This document shows, one piece after another, positions 18,477 to 27,403 of a DNA stretch of 64,000 bases (position 1 is the first letter of the stretch; each line of letters starts with the position of its first letter). The notes beneath the pieces are model-generated. The model ran no database searches. It was not told where the DNA came from and saw only the letters and a program-made list of their open reading frames with translations. The DNA comes from an uncultured bacterium. Its GTDB lineage: Bacteria > Krumholzibacteriota > Krumholzibacteriia > LZORAL124-64-63. The stretch is taken from NCBI GenBank assembly GCA_963727525.1, contig CAVSGO010000005.1, positions 160,001 through 224,000 of the forward strand, read 5' to 3'. A program made the position numbers and the translations under genes.

Positions 18477-19851
18477 TGGCACCGTCGCGCTCGATGGCCC
18501 AGTGCCACAGCTCGGGATACTGCGTCTTCGTCTTCTGCTTGTGGGTGGTGACCATCTCGTTCGCCGCCAGCTCGAAGAGTTTCTGCTGCGGAGACTTGAG
18601 CGGGTGTGCGTCGCCCAGCACCTCCACCGACTGGATCGCCACGTCCGGCACGCGCGGCGTGGCCACGCGCGGGGTGGCGAGGTTGAGCACATCACCGATG
18701 CTGGTGATGCCGGCATCCCGCCGCCGGTTCACCACGTCGTTGTACCCCCGCGACCGCGGGGCGAAGAGCTGCGCGAGGAACTGCAGGATCGACGTGTGGT
18801 CGAGCGGCTCCTTGTAGACGGTGCGCGAGGCCACGAGCGGCGAGACGATGATGCCCGGCACCCGCACTCCGGTGGTGGTGAAGGCCGGGTACTCGGCGGC
18901 GGGGCGCGGATCATAAGGGATGTTCAGCGGCGGCACGTGATCGTAGAAGCCACCATGCTCATCGTAGTAGACCACCATCATCGTCTTCGCCCAGCGCCCT
19001 GGGTTCGCCGTGAGCGCGCGATAGATGAGGCGCTGGAAGTGCTCGCCGGGCGCCACGGGCAATGGCGCGTGGTTATCGTTGGGCTTGTCGGTGCCCAGGT
19101 GCGGCGCATCGCCGTAGGACGGCTCGATGATGATCACCTGCGGGAACGTGTCGTCGGACTCGGAAAGCACGTCCAAGGCCAGATGCTCGAAGCGCTTGAA
19201 ATTCTTGCTCAGCACATGCTTGAACGCCCCCAGCAAGGTGAAGAACGACAGGCCGTCGTGGTACACGCGCCAGCGAACGTCATGGGCGTCGAGCCAGTCG
19301 AGAAGCGTGTCGTCGCGCGGCGGCAGCACGCTGCCGGTGTGGTCCACGTGAGCGGAACCCGTCCAGGCCATCAGGCGATTGGGCAGCGTGCTCGTGGGCA
19401 GCGCGGAGAAGAAGCGATCGCACACGGCGAAGTTCGAGGCCAGGAAGGACGTGATCGGCACCTCGTTCGGTGGATAGAATCCCAGGGGCTCGGGCGTGCG
19501 CGTCCAGTTCACCGTGGTGTGCTGGTAGTAGGCCTCCACGAAGCCGCGCATGGTATGGCGGCCGGAGGTGCGGCTGAAGGCGAGTTGCTTCGCCACCTCC
19601 TCGCGCTCGTGGGGCAGGTCGCTGGGCAGGATGCCGTCGCGCATCGTGAACGGGTAGTACGGCTGGGTCGCGTAGGGATTCTCATACGCCGGCTGGTCGA
19701 GCGGATCGCGCAGCCCATCCACCTGCAGACCGGTGTCGAACTGCCGGTAGCTGAGATGCCCGAGCATGTGGTCGAAGCTGCGGTTCTCCATCATGACCAG
19801 CACGACGGTGTCCACCAGCTTGCGAATCTGCTTCAGATCGAGCGCGGGCAT
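18469..19851 (-). CDS. Phosphoesterase family (phospholipase C / AcpA-like acid phosphatase)
   Basis: MMENRSFDHMLG, CDRFFS...PNRL, DNHAP, YDEHGGFYDHVPP, GVRVPGIIVSP, DHTSILQF. Confidence 0.9.
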   Translation of the reverse strand: MPALDLKQIRKLVDTVVLVMMENRSFDHMLGHLSYRQFDTGLQVDGLRDPLDQPAYENPYATQPYYPFTMRDGILPSDLPHEREEVAKQLAFSRTSGRHTMRGFVEAYYQHTTVNWTRTPEPLGFYPPNEVPITSFLASNFAVCDRFFSALPTSTLPNRLMAWTGSAHVDHTGSVLPPRDDTLLDWLDAHDVRWRVYHDGLSFFTLLGAFKHVLSKNFKRFEHLALDVLSESDDTFPQVIIIEPSYGDAPHLGTDKPNDNHAPLPVAPGEHFQRLIYRALTANPGRWAKTMMVVYYDEHGGFYDHVPPLNIPYDPRPAAEYPAFTTTGVRVPGIIVSPLVASRTVYKEPLDHTSILQFLAQLFAPRSRGYNDVVNRRRDAGITSIGDVLNLATPRVATPRVPDVAIQSVEVLGDAHPLKSPQQKLFELAANEMVTTHKQKTKTQYPELWHWAIERDGANG

Positions 19852-19860
19852 GAGCGTCCC

Positions 19861-20508
19861 CTATTCGCCGCACGTGAGGGTCACCTGCAGGCGCAGCACC
19901 TCGGCTGGCGCGTGCTCCGGATCCCCGATGACTTCCAGAGGCAAGAGCCTCGCCGTCAATGTCCACGTCCCTCCGTACGGGAGGTCCGCCAGCGCGTCGG
20001 ACACCGCCCCCACCGCCAGCTCGGCGGTGCGTCCACCGTGCGTGACGATGACGGGTCGGTCCGACGTGTTCGCCACGCGCGCGATGCGCAGCGTGTCGTC
20101 CCAGTCGTGCTCCGGTGCCATCCCCACGGCCTTGAGACCGCCCGTGGCGTCGTCAGGCTCGGTGGAGACCGCGAGCGGAAGCGAGGCCGCCGTGTCGTAC
20201 ACCACCACTTCCTGCGTGGCGTGGATCTCCTTGCCTCCCCGCGTCACCCGCAGGGTGAAGCGCGTCGTCGTCTGCGGCGCGAGCGCGAGCGAACCTGTCG
20301 CATCCACGGGACCGGCGTCGGCAATCGTCGGTTCGGCCTCGAGAACAGCGTCGCCCGTCACCGACCACGACAGGGTGGTCGTCTGGTCCCGACAGATCTG
20401 GTTGGGGTCGGCATCGAATTGGACGATCTTGGGTGATGTGCAGGACGACAGGAGGACGACGCCCAGCAGGAGGACGGGTAGGCCGAGGCGAGGACGAGCG
20501 TGTCTCAC
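19861..20508 (-). CDS. Hypothetical lipoprotein with Ig-like N-terminal domain
   Basis: GGAG RBS, lipobox LSSC; F-x-A-x-P...TTLSWSV...P-x-x-TT-x-FTL Ig-like pattern. Confidence 0.7.
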   Translation of the reverse strand: MRHARPRLGLPVLLLGVVLLSSCTSPKIVQFDADPNQICRDQTTTLSWSVTGDAVLEAEPTIADAGPVDATGSLALAPQTTTRFTLRVTRGGKEIHATQEVVVYDTAASLPLAVSTEPDDATGGLKAVGMAPEHDWDDTLRIARVANTSDRPVIVTHGGRTAELAVGAVSDALADLPYGGTWTLTARLLPLEVIGDPEHAPAEVLRLQVTLTCGE

Positions 20509-20561
20509 GGCGACTCCAGTTCGTCAGGGAACGGACGGCCGGCAAGATCCAGGCAAGGTCA

Positions 20562-21983
20562 ATGAACCGTAGGCTAGCGAATCCAACGGCAAGCGGCAAC
20601 CGCCATTTCCGACTGCATAGATCCTTTATATGGTCGGCCCTGTTCGCGCTACTTCTCGGCGGCTGCGCCGACGAGTCCATCACACCGCCATCGCCGCCGG
20701 ATACGCCCGATTACACCTTCGACGGCGCCATGCCGCGCAACGTGCTTGTGAGCTATCTCACGCGCGCCATGACCATGAGCGACCTCTGCCTCGACGACGA
20801 TTGGCCGAACCAGGCTTGGGACGCCAACCTCGCCATGATCGCGCGGCTGCGCCCCATGCTGCTCAGCCGCGTGATCTACGCCTGGGGCTGGGAAGACGAG
20901 TACCTCGATCGGATGGGTGAACTGGCGACCCGGACCGCGGCAATCCACGCCATCGATCCCCGGATCATTCTGCAGGGCGCCATCTTCGAGTTCGTGAGCG
21001 AACGGATCGAGCAGGTGCCGGTGCCCGCCGCCGTGCAGGCGGCCTTCGGCCTCACGCCGGTGGCGCGTACCTACGACCTCGACCGCATGCGGCCCGAGCA
21101 GGGCGACGCATACGAGTATGCCGGGTGGCCCTTTGTCGCCATCCAGCCCGACATCACCCGTCTCGAGACCCAGATGTGGTACTACCAGCTCGCCACGCGC
21201 TACATCGACGCCGGACTCGAGGCCATCCATCTGGGCGCCTTCCCGGCGGTCGCCAGCCACGACCATGGCTACGTCCAGACTCAGGCCCTGCTGCAGCGCA
21301 TCCGCGCATACGCCGGCGACCACGCCCGCCGCCACTGGGTGCTGCTCGACGCGCACACGCACGGCATGACCTGCGGCAAGCAACTGCTGCTCGACTTTCA
21401 TTCCTGGCCGCTGCGCCCACGCGAGATCGCCGGCGCTGCCGACCAGGACGCCACGCTGCAAGCCGGCTACCTCGACGCGATCTACGGCCGCAGCCAGGGC
21501 GGGGTGACGCCCGCGGGCTGGTACGCGCACAGCCTGCCCTTCCTGGTGGAGTTCGACAACGGCTACGCCGGCGGCATTGCCGGCGCCTGCAACCTTCCCG
21601 AGTGCGTGTGGGGCAACGACGAGATCACATGGTTCGCCGAGCAATCCCGCACGCGCCGCGATGCGATCCTGCGCAACTTCGCCGCCCAGGTGCGCGCGCT
21701 CGACCCCGACGGCTGGCTCGCGATGCCCGGCATGCGGCCCATCGTTCCGCGCGACGGCGGCGACTGTCCGTTCTACTTCCTGGTGGACGAGAGTGCTTTT
21801 CCGGACGGGGGAAGTCAGGAGAATGCCGTGGCAAGCATCTGGGATGCGACGACCGATACCTTGCGCGAGAGAGAGGGCCCGGGTGCTGATCCGGGCCCCC
21901 CGGTTGGCCGCTGTGCGCGAAGGGAATCACGGATGCGGCCTCGGCATCCATCCCATTGGACGCCGGAGGCCACGGGAAGGTAA
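20562..21983 (+). CDS. Hypothetical lipoprotein, possibly TIM-barrel glycoside-hydrolase-like
   Basis: Lipobox LGGC; ILQGAIFE, YIDAGLEAIHLG, LLDAHT, LPFLVEFDN, WGNDEITWF. Start and C-terminal tail uncertain. Confidence 0.6.
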   Translation: MNRRLANPTASGNRHFRLHRSFIWSALFALLLGGCADESITPPSPPDTPDYTFDGAMPRNVLVSYLTRAMTMSDLCLDDDWPNQAWDANLAMIARLRPMLLSRVIYAWGWEDEYLDRMGELATRTAAIHAIDPRIILQGAIFEFVSERIEQVPVPAAVQAAFGLTPVARTYDLDRMRPEQGDAYEYAGWPFVAIQPDITRLETQMWYYQLATRYIDAGLEAIHLGAFPAVASHDHGYVQTQALLQRIRAYAGDHARRHWVLLDAHTHGMTCGKQLLLDFHSWPLRPREIAGAADQDATLQAGYLDAIYGRSQGGVTPAGWYAHSLPFLVEFDNGYAGGIAGACNLPECVWGNDEITWFAEQSRTRRDAILRNFAAQVRALDPDGWLAMPGMRPIVPRDGGDCPFYFLVDESAFPDGGSQENAVASIWDATTDTLREREGPGADPGPPVGRCARRESRMRPRHPSHWTPEATGR

Positions 21984-22015
21984 CAGCGGGATCGACCCAT
22001 GGTGCGGGCCGATGA

Positions 22016-22837
22016 CTACAGCGATACCCGCAACACGTTCTTCAGCGCCAGCCCGGCGGCCAGCGAGAGCACCATGAACGCCACCAGCCACGACATCTCG
22101 ATGCCGAGGTAGCGCGTGTGGCGCGCCGGGAGTTGCAACGTCATCGCGGCGAGGGCGCCATCGCGCGGCAGCGACGGCGCACCGGGGGCGAGCAGCGGGG
22201 CGAGGGTGTGCGCGGAGCTCGTCTCGTTCAAGCGCGGCAGATCGCCATCGACCATGAGAGTGCGCCGTCCCACCTCAGTGCCATCGAGCATCACGCGCAG
22301 ATCGTGCCGGCCGACGCTGCCGGCGCCCAGACGCCAGGCTGCGGCGCCAGTGACGCGGTCGCGTACCGGACCCGCCTGCACCGTCACCGGCGACGGCACT
22401 TCGAGCTGGAGATCGGACACGCGGTCCCGCTGACCCGGCGCGAGCGTCACCGTGAACACCGCGGGTTCGTCCACGCGCAGGGGCCGGTGCGCGAAGTGGC
22501 TGTCGAGCTGCGCGAGCGTAATCACCATGGGCACGGCGAGGGCGAGCAGCGCAGGCAGGCTGAGCGCGAGATAGCGGAGGTTGGCCTTCGCGAGGTCACG
22601 CTGGATGCGGCCCACCACCGAGAGATGCTCCTGGTACAGCCCCATCTCGAAGATGTGGCCGGTGAGGCGGTCGCGCGCGGCCACGAGCCGCTTCTGGGGC
22701 GTGACGGCCTTGAACAGCAGCAGGGCCCACACCGACGTCACGGCGCTCACGAATAGCATCGCCCACGCGGCGTGCGCCGCGAACGGCCGCACGAGCAGGT
22801 CGAAGAGACCGTTGATGGTTTGGCTGATCATCGTCAT
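22016..22837 (-). CDS. Membrane protein resembling EMC3/TMCO1/DUF106 (Oxa1 superfamily) with an inserted soluble beta domain
   Basis: TM1 (AMLFVSAVTSVWALLLFK), helical hairpin, TM2 (YLALSLPALLALAVPMVITLAQL), ~130-aa beta-rich insert, terminal TM (GIEMSWLVAFMVLSLAAGLALKNVL). ORF is solid; the family call is by pattern only. Confidence 0.55.
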   Translation of the reverse strand: MTMISQTINGLFDLLVRPFAAHAAWAMLFVSAVTSVWALLLFKAVTPQKRLVAARDRLTGHIFEMGLYQEHLSVVGRIQRDLAKANLRYLALSLPALLALAVPMVITLAQLDSHFAHRPLRVDEPAVFTVTLAPGQRDRVSDLQLEVPSPVTVQAGPVRDRVTGAAAWRLGAGSVGRHDLRVMLDGTEVGRRTLMVDGDLPRLNETSSAHTLAPLLAPGAPSLPRDGALAAMTLQLPARHTRYLGIEMSWLVAFMVLSLAAGLALKNVLRVSL

Positions 22838-22845
22838 GGCTCGCG

Positions 22846-23043
22846 TCAGGAGATGTAGCCCAGACCCTGCATGCGCCGACGGATCTCTTCCTCCGTATCG
22901 CCGCCCTTCTCGAACTTCGCGATCTCTCGCTCGACGATGTGCTTCACGAACTCCTCGGGCGAGGCGTAGCCGGCGATCCCGCTGTACTTCTTCACCTTCT
23001 CGAGAAGCTCCTTGTCGAGCTTGATCTTGTCGCCGCCGAACAT
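22846..23043 (-). CDS. 65-aa protein, ribbon-helix-helix-like N-terminus plus EEEIRRRMQGLGYIS tail
   Basis: GAGGAG RBS; G/C-ending codons; IKLDKELLEKVKKYSGIAGYASPEEFV RHH-like pattern. Confidence 0.75.
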   Translation of the reverse strand: MFGGDKIKLDKELLEKVKKYSGIAGYASPEEFVKHIVEREIAKFEKGGDTEEEIRRRMQGLGYIS

Positions 23044-23060
23044 CGTGGTCTCCTCTCTCG

Positions 23061-25019
23061 CTAGCGGTCGCGGAACAGATCGCCCCCGACCATATCGGCC
23101 GGTGGGGTGATGCCGAAGAGCCCGAGGATCGTGGGCGCCATGTCCACCAGCGCGGGATCCGCGCGGCGGATGGGCCGGTTGGCCATGATGATGCCCGGCA
23201 CCTCATCGGCGGCGATGCAGTGGTCGCCGCTCCACTTCAGCATGTTGTCCTCGAACTCCATCTCCGGGATCTGACCCAGCGCTGATTCGTTGCTGCCGCG
23301 CCAGCCGCGGTAGTAGCCCACATCGATGTCGGGCCCGCGGCCGGCCATGTCCCCATGGTACACCTGATCGGCACGGTAGGCGTGCTTGATCGCGCGGCGG
23401 CCGTCGAGGGGATCAACCACTGCCTCGAGGCCCGTGCACAGCTCGGCGAGCAGGGCCTCCTGCGCCGCGCCCGGCGGCACGATGCCGTGGGCTTCGCGGC
23501 CGGCGAGGTTCAGGTACAGCCCATTGATGCCCACGGCGTAGGCGCGCGAGCGCGACCAGTCGACACCCTGCAGCAGGTCCACCTGCGCCTGATCGACACC
23601 GTCCTTCAGCACGAGGTAGCCGTGGTCCAGCAGCCAGGTATTGAGGTGGAAGGCGCGGTTCCAGGGTGCGAAGCCGTGGTCGCTCATCACCATGATCACG
23701 GCGTCGTCGCCGGCACGATCCATGGCAAGGCCGAGCACACCGTCGAGCTCCCGGTACACGTCGCGGATGCGCTGCGCTTGGCGCGGGTCGCTCGCCGCAT
23801 GGGTGGGCGAGTCGGGATCCATGTTCCGCCACGTCATGTGGCAGGTCTGATCCGGCGAATTGTAATAGAAGAAGAGGAAGCCCGACTTCAACGTGGCGAA
23901 ACGATCCAGCTCGTGGCGAAGCTCGTGCGTGCGCTCCTGGAGCACGAGGTCGCTCTGCTGCACATACTGGTCGTCGGTGAGGAACCCGTTTTCCAGGCCG
24001 CTCGTGTCATCGGGCAGCCCCTGCGTGTAATATGGGCCCACGGCCTCGGCCAGGTCGCGGCTGTAGCCGTCGGGCGTGCTGATGGGCATCTCCGGGTGGG
24101 CAGGATCGATCTGCACCGGCGTGACGTAGAGGCGCAGCGTCGGCTCGATCGAGATGAGGTAGAAGCGGCAGATTCCGTGCACCGTCTTCAGCAGCGGCAC
24201 CATCGGATAGCCGATGCTCACCCAGTCGCTCCACTCGCCCTCGCGAAGCACGATCTCGGTACCGTCCACGTCGAGCCAGGCGTTGCGCGATTGCGAGTCG
24301 ACGGTGCCGTTCACCACGACCTTCGCTTCCGGATCGCCGGTGCGCCACGTGTTCGCCGGACCGGGCAGCGAGGCCGTGAACCGACCCTTGCGCACGAACA
24401 CAGCGTCCACGCGGCCGCCGGCGAGGTCGCGCTTGATCGGCGGGTCGTCGGTGATCAGGGTGGAGATACCGTAGTTGCCGGTGATGTCGGGCGTGCCCAT
24501 GCCCGACAGGCTGCGCGCCTCGCACTCCACGGGCGGAAAATTCGACGGCACCTTGAAGATCGTCGCATCCACGCCGGCATCGGCGAGGATCTGCCAGAAT
24601 GCGGTACCGTGGCGCAGGTTGCGCACGTCGCCGCCCTCGCGCGGCAGTTTCCACTTGCCCAGATGGATGAACCGCGTGGGGCCCTTGGCCTCGCTCGCCG
24701 AGAAGAACGGCATCAGGGTGACCGGGTCGCGGTGGATGAAATCGAAGATCCCATGGCCGCCCGGATCGCGTCCGGTGATGAAATTGGACCACGCTACCGG
24801 CGACTGCGGCGGGATCGACGTGCCGAACGCGCTCAGGCTGCCGCCCTCCGCCAGGAAGCGGTCGAAATTGGGCATGGCGCCCTCGGCGCGGAATCGCGCC
24901 AGTAGTTGCGGATCCATGCCGTCGAACCCGAGCACGAGCACGCGCGGGCCGTCGGCCGCCTGCGCGACCGCGCCGGCAAGCAGCGCGATGAGGATGAACG
25001 CTCCGGCCAGCCGCTTCAA
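23061..25019 (-). CDS. Alkaline phosphatase superfamily (type I phosphodiesterase/NPP-like), secreted
   Basis: GGAGG RBS, TTG start overlapping the upstream TGA; signal peptide; VLGFDGMD, PQSPVAWSNF, DQTCH, MSDHGF, WSGDH, D-x-APT. Confidence 0.85.
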   Translation of the reverse strand: MKRLAGAFILIALLAGAVAQAADGPRVLVLGFDGMDPQLLARFRAEGAMPNFDRFLAEGGSLSAFGTSIPPQSPVAWSNFITGRDPGGHGIFDFIHRDPVTLMPFFSASEAKGPTRFIHLGKWKLPREGGDVRNLRHGTAFWQILADAGVDATIFKVPSNFPPVECEARSLSGMGTPDITGNYGISTLITDDPPIKRDLAGGRVDAVFVRKGRFTASLPGPANTWRTGDPEAKVVVNGTVDSQSRNAWLDVDGTEIVLREGEWSDWVSIGYPMVPLLKTVHGICRFYLISIEPTLRLYVTPVQIDPAHPEMPISTPDGYSRDLAEAVGPYYTQGLPDDTSGLENGFLTDDQYVQQSDLVLQERTHELRHELDRFATLKSGFLFFYYNSPDQTCHMTWRNMDPDSPTHAASDPRQAQRIRDVYRELDGVLGLAMDRAGDDAVIMVMSDHGFAPWNRAFHLNTWLLDHGYLVLKDGVDQAQVDLLQGVDWSRSRAYAVGINGLYLNLAGREAHGIVPPGAAQEALLAELCTGLEAVVDPLDGRRAIKHAYRADQVYHGDMAGRGPDIDVGYYRGWRGSNESALGQIPEMEFEDNMLKWSGDHCIAADEVPGIIMANRPIRRADPALVDMAPTILGLFGITPPADMVGGDLFRDR

Positions 25020-27145
25020 CGCGCGCCTCCTGACCCGTTGGCGAAGATGCTGCGTCCGGTCATGTACGGCGGCGTGGCCAGGCCGAGCAGATCGAGTACC
25101 GTGGGCGCCAGATCCTCGAGGGACGGCCTGGGTATCGTGAACGGCACCGTCGAGAAGAGCACGCCGGGCACCTGGCGCGGATCCATGCAGTGGTCGCCTG
25201 ACCAGCTCCGCGTGTTGTCGCAGACCACGGCATTCGTGACTCCGCCCACAACCGCGTCCCAGTCGGCCCGGTACCCGGGCTTGTAGCCCACCACCACGTC
25301 GGGCCCGTTCTCGCGATATGGCCCGGAGTAGACCTCCTCGCAGGCCCAGAGGTCGGCGATGGCGGGGCCGGGCCACGCGGGATCGGGATCGGGCAAGCCG
25401 CGCAGCCTGGCGATGAGTTCTTGCTTGAGCGCCGGCGCGTCGTCGGGATCCACGCAGCCGTCTTGCTCGCGGCCCTGGATATTCAGGTAAAAGCCCGTGA
25501 GGCCATTCGTGTAGGCGCGGGTACGCGGCCAGTCGATCTCGCTCACCTCGTGACGCACACCTTGGGGGATGGGCGGCAACGGACCCGTGGCCGGATCGCT
25601 CTTGAGGAAGAGGTAGCCTTGCTCGCGGAACCAGGCGTTCAGGTTCACGCCGCGCTTGAAGGGCTTGAAACCGTGGTCGGAGCAGATAAGCAGCACGTCG
25701 CGCGGATGCAGCTTCGCGAGCGTGCGTCCCACGAGGTCGTCGGCGCGGCGATAGAGGTCGTCGATCGTGTCCTTGTGCTTCTCGGTATCCTTGCCGCGAT
25801 TCGCGGGGTGGTCGGCGTCGCGGTAGCGGAAGAACATGTGCTGGATACGATCGGTGGCGTCGAAGACCACCGAGACCACGCCGTCCGGCTGGCGGTCGAG
25901 GGCGTGGAAGAACTGCGCCTCGCGCTCGGCATGGATGCCCCAGGCCTGGTCGAGGAAACCCTGCTCGTCGAGCACGCGCTCGTTCAGGGCCCAGGTATCT
26001 TCCGCGAGGCCGAGGGTGGCGAAACGCCCCTGTAGCCTGGCCAGCGTCATGGCCAGGTGCGGCGGATTGCTCAGCGGCAGCGCCGGCTTCTGCGGGTCGA
26101 TGTGCACCGGCGACACGTAGAACGAGAAGTGCGGCGCAAAGCTCGTGACACGCACCTTGCAGATGCCGTGGGCGGCCAGGCGTCCGCTCTGGAAGCGTAC
26201 CGTGATCCAGTCGGAGTAGGTATCCGGCCCGAGCGTGAAGGTCTCGTCGCCGATGCGGAAGTCGGCGCGCTGGGCGGCGCGGTCCACCGTCACGGCCACG
26301 GGTACCGTGAGTTCGCCCTGGCCGGAGGGATGGTCGGGGCCGATGAGGTCGGCCGTGAAGCGCCCCCCGCCAGTGGGCACGAGCGTCAGGCGCACGCCGC
26401 CGACCGTCTCGCCGTCCTTCGGCGCTTCGCCGGGCTCGGTGTAGTGCGAGAACGTGCCCTGGGTGCCGCGCAGATCCGGCACGCACATGGCGGAGAGCTG
26501 CTTGCCGCTGAACTTGTCGGGCGGGAACGTGATCGGGATGCGCAGGATCGAGCTGGCGATGCCCGCCTCGCCACACACCGTCCAGAACGGCTTGGAACGG
26601 CGCAGTAGCTCGTACTTCGGTCCGCCACCGGGCAGGCGGATGGGCCCCAGCTTGCGCCCCGCGCCGCGATGCAGCCGCGTGGACGACAGGATAGGCAGGT
26701 GGGTGGCGCGGTCGCGCGACAGGAAGTCGAAGATATTGTGCCGCGAGGCGTCCACGCCCGTCGCGAAGGTGGACCAGCCCACCGGCGACATGGCCGGGTA
26801 CGTCGTTACTAGCGGTCGGAAACCGCCGCTCTCCTTGATGGCGCGCAGGTTCGGCAGCTCGCCGCGCCGCCACATCTGCCGCACGATGCCGGGATCGACC
26901 CCGTCGAGCCCCAGCACCACCACCCGCCGCGCCCGTGCCTTGCGGTGCCGGCCGCGGCCGCGGATCGACCGCACCACCACGCGCACCGGCCACAGCACAA
27001 TGGCCGCCACGGCGAGAAAGGCTCCCGCGATGGCGAAAAGGAACGACCCGCCCAGCGCGAACCCGGCGCCCGGCCCGATGTAGGCGGGCACGGCGACGAC
27101 GCCGAGGTGCAAGGCTACGATACCGGTAAGAACGGACACGAGCAT
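25016..27145 (-). CDS. Alkaline phosphatase superfamily (NPP-like) with N-terminal AYIGPGAG plus TM anchor
   Basis: VLGLDGVD, AMSPVGWSTF, DRIQH, CSDHGF, WSGDH, DLAPT; start codon approximate. Confidence 0.85.
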   Translation of the reverse strand: MLVSVLTGIVALHLGVVAVPAYIGPGAGFALGGSFLFAIAGAFLAVAAIVLWPVRVVVRSIRGRGRHRKARARRVVVLGLDGVDPGIVRQMWRRGELPNLRAIKESGGFRPLVTTYPAMSPVGWSTFATGVDASRHNIFDFLSRDRATHLPILSSTRLHRGAGRKLGPIRLPGGGPKYELLRRSKPFWTVCGEAGIASSILRIPITFPPDKFSGKQLSAMCVPDLRGTQGTFSHYTEPGEAPKDGETVGGVRLTLVPTGGGRFTADLIGPDHPSGQGELTVPVAVTVDRAAQRADFRIGDETFTLGPDTYSDWITVRFQSGRLAAHGICKVRVTSFAPHFSFYVSPVHIDPQKPALPLSNPPHLAMTLARLQGRFATLGLAEDTWALNERVLDEQGFLDQAWGIHAEREAQFFHALDRQPDGVVSVVFDATDRIQHMFFRYRDADHPANRGKDTEKHKDTIDDLYRRADDLVGRTLAKLHPRDVLLICSDHGFKPFKRGVNLNAWFREQGYLFLKSDPATGPLPPIPQGVRHEVSEIDWPRTRAYTNGLTGFYLNIQGREQDGCVDPDDAPALKQELIARLRGLPDPDPAWPGPAIADLWACEEVYSGPYRENGPDVVVGYKPGYRADWDAVVGGVTNAVVCDNTRSWSGDHCMDPRQVPGVLFSTVPFTIPRPSLEDLAPTVLDLLGLATPPYMTGRSIFANGSGGAR

Positions 27146-27403
27146 TCCCGCGGGCAGGACGCAAGGTGCCACCGGCCCGGATGGCTGGAGAACGCGCAAG
27201 TGACAGGGCCCAGGGCCGTGGCACGGACTTGCGAGATGGTAATCATGGCGTCGGGAGCGAGCAACCCACGAGCCGAACGACAAGTTATCCCGGATCTGCC
27301 ACAAAGTCATACATCGGAACGAGTTGTTTGCCGAGAATGGCGGTAGGGACTAGGTTCTACTGGTCAAGAACCCACCAGTTCCCCCCTGGAGAGGACCCGA
27401 TCG

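Noticed and set aside
25020-27224. N-terminal half of the 1387-aa ORF suggesting a giant fusion or frameshift
   Set aside because: Arg/Pro-rich off-frame translation overlapping the real upstream gene; the true gene starts at TTG 25019 with its own RBS and signal peptide.
27220-27233. Sigma-54-like TGGCACGGACTTGC upstream of the sulfatase-like gene
   Set aside because: GG-to-GC spacing is 9 nt, not the required 10.
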